DNA of 63,737 bases, counting the filler, from Guillardia theta CCMP2712 (Eukaryota > Protista > Cryptophyta), in assembly GCF_000315625.1 (NCBI RefSeq). It is 5 parts of 5 records of this genome, joined end to end, with 100 filler letters (N's around TTAATTAATTAA, not from the genome) between each part and the next. Parts side by side here need not be neighbours in the genome. Positions count along the whole stretch, not along the records: positions 1 to 24,529 come from NW_005434429.1; 4 more parts are not named here. One strand, written 5' to 3'. Below are positions 1-13,800 of the stretch, piece after piece. The notes under the pieces were generated by a model. The model saw only the letters and a list, made by a program, of their open reading frames with translations. It was not told the origin of the DNA and made no database searches. The stretch's first letter is position 1; each line of letters starts with the position of its first letter. A program made the translations under genes and the position numbers.

Positions 1-549
1 GAGTCGTCAATCAACTTTGAGCAGTCCCAACGATCCTCCTGGAGTCAAGTTCCCAGACTCCCCAAAACCCGTTTCCCCCATTTCGGAAGGCGTTGTGATG
101 GATTATGAGGCAGCCACCTCATCCTTCCCGTCTCCAAGCTTCCCTTCCGGCCTGACCCTCCATATTCCTCGAAGCCCAAGAAGACGAACAAAGAGGAGCA
201 GAAGAAGCAGAAAAAGACGAACAAAGAGGAGCAGAAGAAGCAGAAACAGCGAGGAGGAGGAGGAGGAGGAGGTAGAGCGAGGAGGTAGAGCGAGGAGGAG
301 GAGGAGTAGGAGGAGGAGGTAGAGCGAGAAGAAGGAGGTAGAGCGAGGAGAAGGAGGTAGAGCGAGGAGAAGGAGGTAGGGCGAGGAGGAGGAGGTCGAG
401 CGAGGATGAGGAGGAAGAAGAATCAGGGCAAGGAGGAGAAATAGGAGGGAAACGTCGGAATGTGTGCATGGCAGGAAGAAAGCAAAAGATGTAGAAAGGA
501 GGAAGGAGATGATGAAGGAGGAGAAGCAGCAGGAGGGGATGCAGAAGGT

Positions 550-3500
550 CACCGAGACAGTGTCCAATCATGCTCTTGGTGGAAGAGATGCGAGTCTTGT
601 ATGCATGCTCGCCCAGCGCCTTCTTGATCGCCACTGAGAGCCCGTCACTTGAGAAGGAAGGAGAGAGGAGGAGAAAGAGGAGATGGAGGAGGAGGAGATG
701 AAGGAAAAGTAGTTGAGGAGGAGAAGATGGAACAGATAGAGTAGGAGGACATGGAGGACATGGAGGACATGGAGGAGAAGAGGGAGGAGGAGGATAGTGG
801 CATACTTGTCTCAAACTTGTCGTTGTAAGGCGTTGAGGTACCGTGAGCGTTGATGTAGTCAACCTCCTCCGGCTTTACTTCTCCTGCTCCCGTTCAATCG
901 TGATCTTCCCTCTCCCCTCCTCCTCCCTCCTGTCCCCTACCGCAACTCCTTACCCCTTTTCCCTCTTTTTCCTCTCCCCATGAAAACCCCTCTCGTCCTC
1001 CTCCCAATCGCCATCTCTTTCTCTCTTCCCGTCTCTCCTCTTTGCAACTCACCCGATCGCAGCGCCATCGAGATGGCGGCGGCGAGTCCTCGACCCTCGG
1101 GATGAGGAGCAGTGATGTGATAGGCGTCGCAAGAGGCTCCGTAGCTGAGGATGAGTATAAGGTCCCAGCGAGAGAGGAGGAGAGAAGAGGAGAAGACGGA
1201 GTGAGAGAACAAGGCGAGAGGAGGAGGAAGAGGAGGAGAAAGAGGTTGAGGAGGAGGTTGGGGTGGTTGAGGAGCTTCAGGACTCACCCGGCAAATTCGC
1301 AGTAGATCTCAGCTCCTCGAGCAAGAGCATGCTGCATAGGATGTCACTCGTAGAGACATGGAGAGGACAAAGAGAGGAGAGGGAGGGATGGGATGGAAGA
1401 GAAGAGTTCAGGGTTGCTGCTGCTGCTGCTGATGATGGTGGTGGTGGTGGTGGTGGTGGTGGTGGTGGCAATGCCGATGACGATGTAGAGGAGGAGGAAG
1501 GAAGAAAGAGAAGGAGCAAACCTCTTCAGTCTCAAGGAGCAGGACACCAGCCCCCTCTCCCATGACGAACCCATCCCTCCTGCACCTCCCGCTTAGCCCA
1601 CAAGCTCGTTCAGCTTCACCTACTTCTTGTCGAAGGGACGAGACGCTGCCAGCGGGTCCTCGTTGAAGCTGCCTCCTCCGTCAGACTTTTCTCTTCTTCT
1701 TCCTCTTCCTCTTCCTCTTCCTCTTCCTCTTCCTCCTCCTCTTTCGTTGTGCGCTCCTCCTTCCCTATCCTCCTCTACCTTGTAGTCATGGCACGGAGAG
1801 CAGCAAAGCCCGCAAAGGCTGAGGGTTCAACGTCAAGGCCACGAGCAAAGGTGGGCAACGAGAGGGAAAGGAGGACAGAAGAGAGGAGAACGAGAGTCTG
1901 AATGCCAACGGGTGGGACAGGAAGAAAACGAAAGAAGCGCGGAGGAGCAGGTAGAGGAAAGGAACAGCAGTTAGGTACCGAGGGGAGTAAGTGAGCATTC
2001 CGATCCGCCGGCAAGCATTACATCTGCCTGCTCTCGCGATTATCACCAGTCATCCCCCTCCTTCTTCTCCCTCCCCACCTTCCCGCTCTGCAAGAAGTGC
2101 AGGGCGTCTCCGAGAGCATGAGTCCCTGTCGTAAAGATCATCATTTCCATCCTCCTCTCTTTCACAAGCAACAACACAATCTCCTCCTCCCATCCCCTTC
2201 CTCTCCTCCTTTGTCTTGCTGGTAACCTGTTGCACATGCTGACACGACGCTATAGCTTGGCCCCTGAAGCAAATGCAGTGAGACGACCTCCTCTACACTA
2301 CCCACTCTGACCAATACTCCTCCTCCTCCTCCTCCTCCTCCTCCTGCCGCCCCCCTGCCCCTGCCCTATTTTTTCCTTTACCTTGGCGCCAACTTCCCAT
2401 GCCACAGCATTGGAGGCGGTGTTGGAGACGAGAGCAGGAATGAGGGAGGAGGAGACCTGTATAGGTTGTGACGGACAAGGAGGAGGGAGAGATCAGCAGC
2501 AGAACCTCCTGCATGCCCTTCGCTCCTCCCTTGAGCCGAGAAATACTGCAAATANNNNNNNNNNNNNNNNNNNNNNNNNNNNNNNNNNNNNNNNNNNNNN
2601 NNNNNNNNNNNNNNNNNNNNNNNNNNNNNNNNNNNNNNNNNNNNNNNNNNNNNNNNNNNNNNNNNNNNNNNNNNNNNNNNNNNNNNNNNNNNNNNNNNNN
2701 NNNNNNNNNNNNNNNNNNNNNNNNNNNNNNNNNNNNNNNNNNNNNNNNNNNNNNNNNNNNNNNNNNNNNNTGTTGACGTTATCCTCGAAGAATTCGACTC
2801 CTCCCGTGCCAGACCCAATGATACATCCTTGTTGCTCTTCAGGTTTTCATCGCCCTCCTGCTCTTCATTTCTTACCGAATCGTGACTTGTCGACCTTGGT
2901 TACATCCATCTGCCATGGCGAAATCAGAAGCGCTGAACCTTCCTCGCTCTCCTGCTTTCTCTCGCAGATGCTTCATCTCCCTTTCAACTTTCTGTTCTCC
3001 TTTCGTTTCCTCCCTCAATCTTCAGCCACTCTCCGTGACCTCCTCCACCTCCTCCTTTCTTCTTTCCTCACCTTCGCGTCATCAATTGCCATTTTTGCTG
3101 CTGCCATCGAGAAACTTTTGACGAAAATTAACCAGATTGCTGATAGGCGTGATGATCAAACTCACTGAACAAATCTTCCTTGCGTCTTTGCCATCTTGCT
3201 GTCCATGTAATCCTGAACATACATGCATCACAATCACCACCATCACAACAACAACTAAAACTACAACTACAACTACAACAACTATCACGAGTAGCGGCAG
3301 CATCTTCTTATTCTCACCTCTGGTCCATGCCAGCCTGCTTCTTCTCCTACGACGGCTCCAACTTGGCAAGGGAACTGTGCTTCCTTTCATTCCCTTCCCC
3401 TCCCTCCTTGTGGTCGTTGACCTCATCAAACGCCTTGGGGAGTCTGACGATGCCGCTCTTGCCCTCAACCAGCGCCTGCCAGCAGGAAAGTGAGGACACG

Positions 3501-4023
3501 TCGCTTCCCCTCCCTCATGCGGCTGCTCACGTTGAAAAACTTGTCTGCCCCAACGCCGACAGGACTGTGACGCCCGTCAGAACATTCAAGGTACAAGCTC
3601 TCCTTACCTGACGGCTCCGACACCAGTGATGACAACCTTCTTCCTCGACGCCTGCAATGAAGTGCTTGAGATCGCATGCTTGCACGGCGACAGTCACTTA
3701 CCTCCGCCATCACTGTCGTGGCTTTGGACCTCATGTGCGCATATCGCGACCTCTTGTGCGATGCCAAGTTCAATGCCGGCTGAGACGAAAGGGTCAGAGC
3801 AAACAAGAGCGGGACACAAGAAATCGGATTGACAAGAAGAGATCTAGAGGAGAAGCTCATCGTCAGCCATGTATTCGCATGCCACAACAACAGAACGACG
3901 ACATTGAAAAGAAATTCGGATCCTCGTTTTGGCCTTCACCTGGAAAGCTTCGACTTGAAGAGAAGCGAGGCCCATGAGCAGCACAATGAGAGGAGGGAGA
4001 GAAGGGAGAGATCGCATCTGCAT
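550..4023 (-). CDS. fabF: Plastid-targeted beta-ketoacyl-ACP synthase II (KAS II), multi-exon; last exon(s) not located
   Basis: Minus-strand exons in the expected order: [17 protein letters not shown] (~3640-3540), LVEGKSGI (~3460), [11 protein letters not shown] (~2810), [12 protein letters not shown] with catalytic Cys (~2260-2225), ADVMLAGG (~2020), ASRPFDK (~1645), [17 protein letters not shown] (~1140), [11 protein letters not shown] (~860), [13 protein letters not shown] (~590-550). N-terminus [27 protein letters not shown] resembles a signal peptide followed by Phe. Confidence 0.93.
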
Positions 4024-4251
4024 GGAAGCTCCTCCTCTCCTCCTCTCCTCCTCCTCCCCTGCCTTCCGCATGGCCTCCGCAGCCATCCTTGAATGTCGTG
4101 ACAGATGTCGCAGAGTGATTCGGGCATGAGCGGAGATGAGGTCATCCGCCCGGGGCCCGGGGAGTCGGTTCGCTCGCCCATGGCTGCACGTGGGTTTGAG
4201 TGCGAGGCTGCCATGGCTCGGCAGCGCGTCGGCGGTGAGTGATCTAGCTGC

Positions 4252-6333
4252 ATGTCTGTGGCGACCGTGTTGCAGTCGACGAGGGCTGTGCTGTCCTCCA
4301 AGGGAAAGGCAGCAAGCAAGAGATGGTTGGAAGCAAGCTTTCCCAAATGTGTGATTCCGATATCGCCAAGGTCGCCCAGTTTCAAGTTCGATCACGTTCT
4401 GTTCGATATGAACGACATGCTTCATACCTGCGCTCGCAACTGCAAGAACTCGAGCGCTGTCTGCAAGAGAGTTTTCAGACAAGTGGATTCGTATCTGCGG
4501 ATTTTCACGCCAGGAAAAAGTGTGGTGTTATGCTTTGATGGCCCTGGACCCATCGCCAAGATACCGAAGCAAGTTGAGAGCAGAGAGAAGAGGACGAAAG
4601 TGGCGTCAAGTACACTCGACAGCATTGACATCACCCCTGGGACTCGATTCATGTCTGAGGTGCGCGAGCTCTGCTTCGCTCACGTTGTGCAAAGTCTGGA
4701 GCAAAGGGGGGGATATCGAGACATTTCTTTCTACTTGTCTTGCTCAGATGTGGCGGGAGAAGGCGAGCTGAAGCTGGTCGAGTGGATTCATACGTTTGTG
4801 GAATCAGCAAGTAAAGATAGGATCCTCTTCATAGGCGGAGACTCGGACTTGACGATCCAGTCCCTCGCACTAAGAGGCCATTCTCAGGTATATCTGCTCA
4901 ACCGAAAAGATGGTGTTGGCTTGCAGCGTATAAAGCCGATGCATTTCATTTCCCTGTCGGAGTTGAAGAAGGAGCTGGAAACCATCTTCCCGGATCACAG
5001 CGATATCATCCGATTTGATCTCTTGCTGCTGATTATCTTCAACGGAAACGACTACCTTCCGCCCCTAAAACATTTCAACCTGCAGGTGTCCTTTGAGGTT
5101 TACACCTTGGTGAGTCAGAATCTACCATCTGCTCTGCTTGCCGTGAAATCTTCACAGATGAAATCTCAAGAGAAGTTCAGATCGCGATTCCTCCTGGATG
5201 GACGAGAGAAGACGTTTGACTATGAATTTCTAGCAGAGTTTTTGAAACAGGTCGACGCACGTCTTAAGACCTGGAAGATCTCGAATCCCATTGTTGAGCT
5301 TCATCAATACGTGCAAGAAGGCTCCTTGGAATACTCTGTTGAAGACTTGCAATTCGAGTTCTCCCAAGAGATTCGTGAGGAGGTGACAATGTGGACATGT
5401 ACTCTTACGATAGGAGATTTAAAATTCGAAGGAAAACCATTCCGAACAAAAATGGAATCAAAGAATGTAAGTGTCACGTGTCTCTTGATTGTGATTTGAG
5501 TGTTGCTCTGATTTAATGATTGTTGCTTCCTTCCAGAGTGCAGCAACTGTCGCACTTTCAACGTTTTACGGTATTCATGATAGTGAGGTTTTGATTGTTT
5601 CCTGCAAAGTTTCCGATTCTGATCAACATGAACGCAGCATTCTGCCAGCATTGACAAACATCAGAAGGATTTCGTGGATCTGTTGACTAATCACCGGAAA
5701 GGAACAAGCATTCCAAAACGTTATGAACCTCCTGAAATGATAGAACGCTATTTGAAAGGAGTACTCTGGAATATCAAGATGTACATAGATGGATTCGTGC
5801 CAGACTTCGAATTCATGTATTCATTCAAGAAAGGACCGAGTTCTTCTTCCGTCGTCAACTGGATTGAGTCCAAGGTCAAACCCTCGTTGAAGGCGGAGAG
5901 CTCAAACAGTCGACCGCTAGCTCCAGCTGAATTGTGCCTTGCGGTGACCCCTGTGCGAGCCGCAGATCGTCTGCCCTTGCAGTACCGCAACATTCTTCTA
6001 GATGAGACGTGTCAATTTCACAGGCACTTCAAGGCGAAAGATGCGCTGTTTCAACCTCATCTCTTTTTGCCACTCCTTCGAAAAGAGCTCACCAGGATTG
6101 ATCCGAATCTCATGACGGATGAGGAGAAGTTTATCGTAGCAATGAACTCTGCATGGACTTTGCTGTTTCACGTTCGAAATCGTCACATGGAAAGTTACTT
6201 GCAGCAGGGATTCTGGGAGGGGAGGAAGAATACAGAATGGAGTAACAGACCTCTGCCTTTTCAAAACCTTACAGAAGCCAAGCTGATGCTCCTCGACCAC
6301 GTCAAGAAAGCTGTACAGGAGACTGCTAAGTGA
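4252..6333 (+). CDS. XRN1/Rat1-family 5'-3' exonuclease with an internal double-stranded RNA-binding motif; spliced, true start uncertain
   Basis: XRN_N motifs FDHVLFDMNDMLH, DGPGPIAK, ITPGTRFM, GEGELKL, GGDSDL, GNDYLP. XRN helical-type motif YLKGVLWNIKMYIDG...P in the last exon. Intron donor AAT|GTAAGT at ~5468. Confidence 0.85.
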
Positions 6334-6345
6334 GTTCTCAATGAC

Positions 6346-6417
6346 TTCCCTGGCATGCACTGCACTGCTTCTGCTCGCTTTCCTCCCTGGCATGCACTGC
6401 ACTGCTTCTGCTCGCTT
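6346..6417. repeat. Two-copy ~37-bp tandem duplication just 3' of the XRN stop
   Basis: TCCCTGGCATGCACTGCACTGCTTCTGCTCGCTT occurs twice in tandem. Confidence 0.85.
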
Positions 6418-7401
6418 AACTCCTTCCTTTGCGTCTTGCCTGAACTGAAAAAAAATCCTCCTCAGGAAAGAGTGTATCAGGTTTGTGCAAATTCCTTCTA
6501 GGGTGAGGACAATGGCTGGCGAGTGCTGCCCTCTGACTGGTAGCTCAGATGCATTCTCCCGAGCTACGATGGCCGACGATGAGACCCAAGAGCAAAATCG
6601 CGCGCGAGACGATAGCAGACTCGGCAAGCTCAAGAGAGACTTTGACCCGTCGACAGGGTTCACGGGACGTGCCTTCCCGTCCTCCGCCCTCCAAGTTGAA
6701 CTTGAAACAGTCAGAGAAGGCTCTGAGGTGATCTGCCTCACATCCTGAACATGTCCTTGCATCTCAATTTCTGTCTGCTCCGGTCATTCTTGTTGACGGC
6801 AGCAATGAAACTTGAGCTGCTGAGCAAGACGCGAAGGCTGACGAAACAGCCTCGCACACATCAATCTGATCAGCCGTATCCTCGCTGAGATATGCAATCA
6901 GCAGTGCTCGAATCGATACATTCCTTTCGGCCTTCGGCTGTCATGGTTTTGCTTGCGGTAGAGATGGATATGCTGCTCCAGAAACGACGTAAGAGCCTAC
7001 CGCTGAAATTTTTTGCCTCCGATTAGCATTACACATGGAGAGCAACATTGAGATTAAAACAAAACTGCCAGTGACATCACATAACTTTGAACTCTGTGGG
7101 TCACATCACTTTGACTTCAATCCCTCTGTCATCGCATGTTTGTTTTGTAGTGAAATCGCTGTTAGGGTTGAGTACAATTGATGCAGTACCGGTACTGTGT
7201 GCGTTCAAAAGTGGGGTGGTGGGATACCACACGGGGATTGCGATTCAACATGGCGGGTTAGGTATCTGACAGACACTTTCCTTGTCCCCCCTCCCCCCCC
7301 CACCACCTCCTTCTCCTTCTCCTGCTCGTTTCCCTCCTCCTCCTTCTCCTCCTCCTCCTCCTTCAACCACCCCGCCTACCCCTCTCTCCCCCCTCCTTCC
7401 C

Positions 7402-10100
7402 ATGTCATTCGGTAGATTCTCTTGGCGCTACATTCTCCTGCTTCTGAGCTTGTACGCCACGGGAGCGAAGGAGGTTGAGGAGGAAGAGGAGAATTATCCT
7501 CCTCGAATTTTGTTGTCTCTCATCGGCGATGACGGTCGTCCTCGTGCACCCCCCCTCACGCACATGCTCGAGATCGAGACCCAGGTCTGCTTCTTCCGTC
7601 TCCCCACCTGCTCTTCCAGCTCCTCCTTGTCTGACAGCCGTGCAAGTCGTTCGACCCCGCGGAAGGCTACTTGGAGGTCTGGTCCGGATCAAACGTGAGC
7701 ATCATGCCAGGCCTACAGCCAGTCAGCTCTTGACTTGCTGCTTGAAGATGCTTCGGAGAATTCTGGACCCTCCCCCTCTGGACATCTTCAAAGTGTACCT
7801 TGTGTGTTTGCCTCTCCAGCCTCTCCCGCTCTCATACTTGACAAGAGCGCTTCCTCGTGCGAAGGAGCGGGCAGAGTTTGTCATGGAATGTACACCGTGA
7901 AACTCTTCTCTTTCGCGTCAAACCTTGAGGTGAATGACAATGCCACTGGGGGAGGGAAAGGAGGGAGGGGAGGGACGGACGGACGGACGGACGGACGGAC
8001 GGACGGAGGGAGGGAGGGAGGGGATGTTTGTGACAGCAAAGACAACGAATGTGATCTATGCCTCATTTCGAATGCTCTTTAAAAAGGTTACCACGTCACA
8101 TATCGGCTACATGTTGCAAGGAATTGAAGCTGAAGTGAAGAGTGAGAGAATGAAAGCTGCTGTCAACGAGACGTCATCGCCAGAAGAAGGGTACGATGAT
8201 TCTTGCAACCTGCCACATCGTTTTCCATACCAGAGAAAGACGATTGAGTGAATGAACAGGTGGGACGTCGACTTTCTCAAAGAAGCATGGCCGCTTCCAT
8301 GCAAGAAGGTATTTCAAGTCCCCAAAGTTGATACCTACCACTGATAGAGCTTCCAAACAAGATCGTAACATTTCCTGGCTTTCCGGATCCCGCCGCATAC
8401 CTGCAGAGGCCTCAGATCTTCCTGGCGGTTCCTCCTCACGACCTGGGGTAGCGCCTGTCACTGTTATGCGATGGGATGGACGTTTGTCCCAGGTGGATGC
8501 ACTTTGACCCCAGGGAAGTTTTGAGATGTCAAACTCCATGTCTCTGGCTTCTGGTCTCGATGTCAAGATTGAGATGTCAACCTGAACTGCGTGCAGGAGC
8601 TGTCTTGCATGGATGCTGCCGACGTGCTAATCTTCAGCTGCTGGTGGTCTCAGGTCTGTGAACTCGTGAACGACATGAGCTGTGCTCATGGTAGAGCAGG
8701 GCAGGCAAGGAGGAGGGAAACCAAACGTTCCCAAGGTTGTTGTATGTCTGTATGTATCGCTTCTGATTCGTTCCAGCATCCCCACCAACTCTGGATGAAC
8801 TTGTGTCTTGAAAGCACCGGAGGAAGAGAAGATAAAGTGAGTTAGGTGTTACGTTCTTGATCTGACTGGCGGATCAGGAGTTTCTTCATGCAATGGACAT
8901 CTCGGCAACTTATCAGGCAACTTGATGCATTGAAGGGAAATTGCTCAAACCACGAAATAGTTGCATTCAGATATTCCTTTGCTCTATGCACCAGGAAATC
9001 TTTCGCTTTTTGATAGAAGCGAAAGTGTAACAAGAGATCGATTTGCTATGTTTGTGATTTCTCATTGCGGACTGGCACGGGATGTATATCTCAGGCAGGT
9101 AATCTTCTTTCTCTAACTGTTAATCTCCTCTCTCTCCCTTTCTCTCCCTTTCCTTCTCTTCACATGTTTAAAGTTGTTTTCAAGCTCATGAAATACATTC
9201 CCGTCGACTCGTTTGGCAAATGTCTCAACAACGCAAGACTTCCTTCCACAGTGGAATATGAAGTGAGAGAAAGCGCTGCCCTAGACCCTTACAACTAGAA
9301 CAAGCAGTCGTAGCAACCCTACAATCAGTAGCAGTAGCAGGTCTTAGATGGTTAAACCATTGTAGTAGCAGCAGATCAATAGTCCTTTAGATTGCTAACC
9401 CTGTCATCTCCTTCATCTACATAGTTCATTAACTCTTTGATCTTCTTAGTTCAATCTTTTATTGTGATGAGCGTTGGCAGGCAAGCGACAAGAATCCAAT
9501 CTCACCTTTAGTTCCGGTATTACTTCTGAGATGTTGTTTCACGTCATTGTGAACAGTTTCAAATAGCTTATGAAGCAGTACAAGTTTGTCCTGTGCTTTG
9601 AAAACTCCATTCAGGTTCATTGTTTGATTGGAATTCGCGGTAGAAGATGAAATATTTGCAGACGGACTATGTTACCGAAAAGTTTTACATTCCTTTGATG
9701 GCTGGAGCTGTTCCTGTTTACAAGGGCGCTCCAAACATTCGGCAGTTCTCGCCGGACGATCATTCATTCATCAGTCTGCGCAGCTTCAAACTATTCGCAG
9801 AACGCTGACATTGATCAGATGTCGATGACTTCGACGGGCCAGAAGAGCTTGCATCTTATCTCACCGCTCTGCTTCAAGACCCTGTGAGGTGCGTGTCTAC
9901 CCCATCTTCTGTTGTCTCACGAACTGTAGGTATGATGAGTACCACGCCTGGCGGCGGAGGCCCTGGACCTCGCAATTTCTCAACATCTCAGCCATGGCAT
10001 TCAATCAGGTGAAGCTTCATCGTCAGAGTCGACAAGTGATAGGGACCGACAGGGTCAAATCTACAATGAGGGAGCTGTGCATGGGACCGCACAGGTAGGA
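7402..10100 (+). CDS. Alpha-1,3/4-fucosyltransferase (GT10), multi-exon, secretory; 5' and 3' limits uncertain
   Basis: LMKYIPVDSFGKCLNN (~9185), YKFVLCFENS (~9578), DYVTEKFYIPLMAGAVPVYKGAPNI..F.PDDHSFI (~9666-9772), DDFDGPEELASYL, YDEYHAWR. Hydrophobic N-terminus MSFGRFSWRYILLLLSLYATG at 7402; its linkage to the catalytic exons is inferred. Confidence 0.85.
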
Positions 10101-10899
10101 AGAGGAATGTGTTACTGGCGTCGAGTCATGAGCTCTTTCAGCGAATCAGTCCGGTGCGGGTCACAGATGGAATTATTCGTAAGCTAAGGGGTGAAGGAAA
10201 GGTTTGCTGCAAAACTCTTAGACTGTCGCCTTCGACTTACAACTACTCCAGCACAAATCTGCTGAGGGCTTGCTGGACCTCAATGCCTCTTGGGTCAGGA
10301 GACTTTCTCGTCCGGCGCTGGTTCATCCCTCGCTTGCCTTGGCGATCATTCAGCCGGCCGAGGGGCAGGAGGTGTGTCATGCTCCTGCCAGAGAACAATG
10401 TTTATCGTGATGCAGATTCCCTCGTCCCTCCTCGCGGGCATTGAACTGAAAGTTTCAGTTGTTCAGTCAGGGCACATTCAGGAGGAGGATTTCAGAGACA
10501 ACCACATGCAAGTCGCGGTCATTCTCGATGGAAGAGTTTTCAGCCACCTAGAGGCTTAGGATTGCTGCAGCCCTGCAATCATCTAATCGAGTACACAGGT
10601 CAACCCACAAGCCCCTCAGATCCGATCGATCGTTCTCGAAGGTGTGAAGAATGGTCCACACACCGTCCAGGTACTTGCAGAATCTCTGAGACCTCTCATT
10701 GAAGATCAAAACAGCTTGGCATTCTGAAAGATGAACATTCGCAATATGATTCTGATGTCTCTTGGGAGAATGTCTCTGGTGCAGTTTCCTTTCGCGTCTG
10801 GAGGTCGTTAGAATCAAAGTGTGACTCCTCGGATCGAAACGATTCGCTTCTTCACAAGTACCTGGATGGTTGTCTGGATGGCATGGAAGCATTCACATC

Positions 10900-13800
10900 T
10901 GGTGACGGAGACGAGGGGAAGAGTTGCTGCAAATGTTTTTCACGAGATGGAAATATGGGAGGGCATGTTGCTTTCATCAATCTTGAGAGGTTGAATGCCT
11001 TCAGCTGAGCTTGGTTTGAGCTGCTTCCAGGAGACCTGACAGGCTTGAGCATGTAAGGCTGGAGCTAAGGAGGTGCGAGTCTTGAGTCCTGGTGTTGTTG
11101 CGATACTGATGCTTGTTCAGAGCAGGGATTCTCAACTTCACCAGAGTGCCGGCAGCTGATGGGCGCTTGTTGGATCCAAGTCACCAGGTGCCTTGTACGA
11201 ATTGAGGCAGGTCTGACCCGCTTCGTCAGAGCTTGCAGTGGCTGTTCCGTCGAAATCACTTCGGGTCAGATCCGGCCGTTGAAGCCTGTGCGATCTCGCA
11301 TCTTCGGTAGCCTTGTCTCGGTCTCATCAGATCTTTGACCAGTCAGTGAAGGATGTGGAGGACGATGTTAGAATGCTGGGGCGAATCGGGGTCAGAGTGG
11401 TTGCTTGTTTTAGAAGACGATGTCTTGCTTGGTCTTGCCTGCCCTGCTCTATCAGTCACTTTCTGACTTGCCATCAGCGTCAAACTTTGCCGATCGTTTC
11501 AAAGAACTTCTCAGCCATCTCGTCAGTCTTCGACCTTTCGGCTGTCGTCCTGACTTTAGTTTTTGAAGGAAGCGTCGGGTGATGGAGAGCAGTGGGATCT
11601 GGTATGAAGTGCTGACTGAAAGCTTCTTCTCATTCGGCCGTAGATCTGCGTGGGTTCACGGCTGAACATGGGGGAGCACGTGGATTTTGACGAGGAGCAT
11701 ACGGTTCCAGGTAGAGGAGATCCCTACTCTCCTTCCTACTCTCCTTCCTTACGCGAGTTCAGGAGTGATGAGAATCAGAAATTACCGCAACTGTCACACG
11801 CATGCGTACGCCATCCGTCCCAGGCAAGCAACGGCTTCGCTTCAACGTCATGCGCTGACGTCTCACTTTGCGGCCTCAGGGCAGCGTCGCTTCTGATCGC
11901 CAAGGCAGAGGAGGAGGGGATCATCTGCGGCATGGACTGGTTCATGGTGCGTGCGAGGAGAGGAGGCTGACGGCTTGACACGCTTCTCAGGCTATTCAGC
12001 ATCGCCGTATGAACTCCTTCGCTTTCATGCCCTCCCTAGCTGGCCAGCTCGACGCCATGGCTCATCCGAGCGACATTGCGGCACATAATGCGAAGTGGGG
12101 GACGGCGAACGATTTTCATGTGCTCTCAGAGTCCGGCGTGCTTGGTTGATGAAGAAAAAGCATCTTGAACATGCATCGGAGAACCTGAAATAAATGCATG
12201 AAGTAATTGTTTACAAGAATACTAGAATTAATGCTTCACAGTGTCAAAGTTGAAGAACTTTTCCTACAAAACAATCTGTGGTTTCTCACCTGCTATGCTC
12301 CTACAGTTTTGTTGGAGGTAGTATTCATAAGAGTGAGAGGTGTGATATTTCGGAAATGTTTGTGTACCTTTAATATTGTGTTTCATCCCTGAGCAACAAT
12401 GGAAGAGAATTCGAAACCTCGCTCAACATCTGCCTTAGCTTCTGTGGCATGTCAAGATTCATGTACAAGCACATCTGATAACGATTTCTGAAAGCTTGTC
12501 CAACTTGCATGGACGACAAGATCAAGTGGTTGCCAATGATTCGTCAAGAATAGAAATACATAAAATACAGAAGAGCTAAAAACACTTTCTTGATTCAGAG
12601 GACCCGTTCTCAAATCAATCTGTCGACGGTGGCAATGTTCAAATCATTTCCATTTTCTGAAACAACTTTGTTGCTTGTGGTATCCGCTGGCATCATTCAG
12701 TATGATCTAATGCAAGCCATCGGAGCAGCTCCCAACAGGATTGAAAGAATAAATGATACAAATTGACATGTCTCAGCAGGAGAATTCAAACCACAAGCCC
12801 TGAGTCCGTGTCGCCATGAACATCCGGATGGCTGAGATCAGAGGAGTGCACACCTTCTTCCCCTCCACTCCCCTCGCCCCCCACCTGTTTACGCCATGAG
12901 AGGCTCATAGCGAGTGAGGCGGGCATGACCTGGATTGAGTTTGCTCCGCCGCTTTCAGACGGGTGAACCAATTGTACCTGCAACGGCTGATGCTGTATCG
13001 CGACTGCGTCAGCATCATGAAACACAAACGATTCTTCCCACCAGATTCCCCATCGCCCACATCCTCTGCGACTCAAGTCAAAACTTCAGCTTGGCATGGA
13101 AGGGTTGATACAAAGAACCTGAAGAGCTGTTCCATCTGACGTGTAAGCTCCTTGGGACTGGAGCTCCTGCAGGCTGTTGTTTGCTGAAATGGAAATTTCA
13201 GCGACTTCTCGTTTGAGTCAATGCTTCACCTTTCATGCTCGATGTTTCCTCCGTCTGGAATCCATATTTTTCTAACCCATATCTACAGGAGGATTAGGAT
13301 CAAACATCAGGTCATAACACATTCTACCTCTTGACGAAGTTTGAAAACCAACTGTTGGATGCCTTGAACTCTGATGCAACACATTTAAATGTATCGTTCA
13401 GACCAGAACAAGCACAAAAGTGCAAACCTTACCTCCCTGAACGCCTTTCATTACAGCCATTTGTATCGCTCTTTCCTGCGACGAGCATGTCTTGAGTTTG
13501 TCGGACGAGAACGGGATGCAGCTACTTGTAAGGAGGCCATGGTAACCGGAGGCCTCAAGTGAGGATTAGCTGCAATCTGCATTAGGATGTTGATAAGAGC
13601 AGCAGTGATTTCAAACCTGCAGCTACGTCTCTTATCCATCTGTTCAACTCTTCTTCCATCTAGGAATTTTCAATAATACCGCCCAGAAGAAGAAACTCCT
13701 CCCTGACAAACCTGTGGAAATTTGGGGAGATGCGCCTTGGTCAATTTCAGATCCAAACCTAAGCACAAAATCAAAGTCCGCCGAAATTGCGGGAGATAGC

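Noticed and set aside
17-2818. Many E/R/G/P/S/L-rich ORFs here and throughout the window
   Set aside because: Produced by GGA/CCT-rich introns and by antisense frames of real exons.
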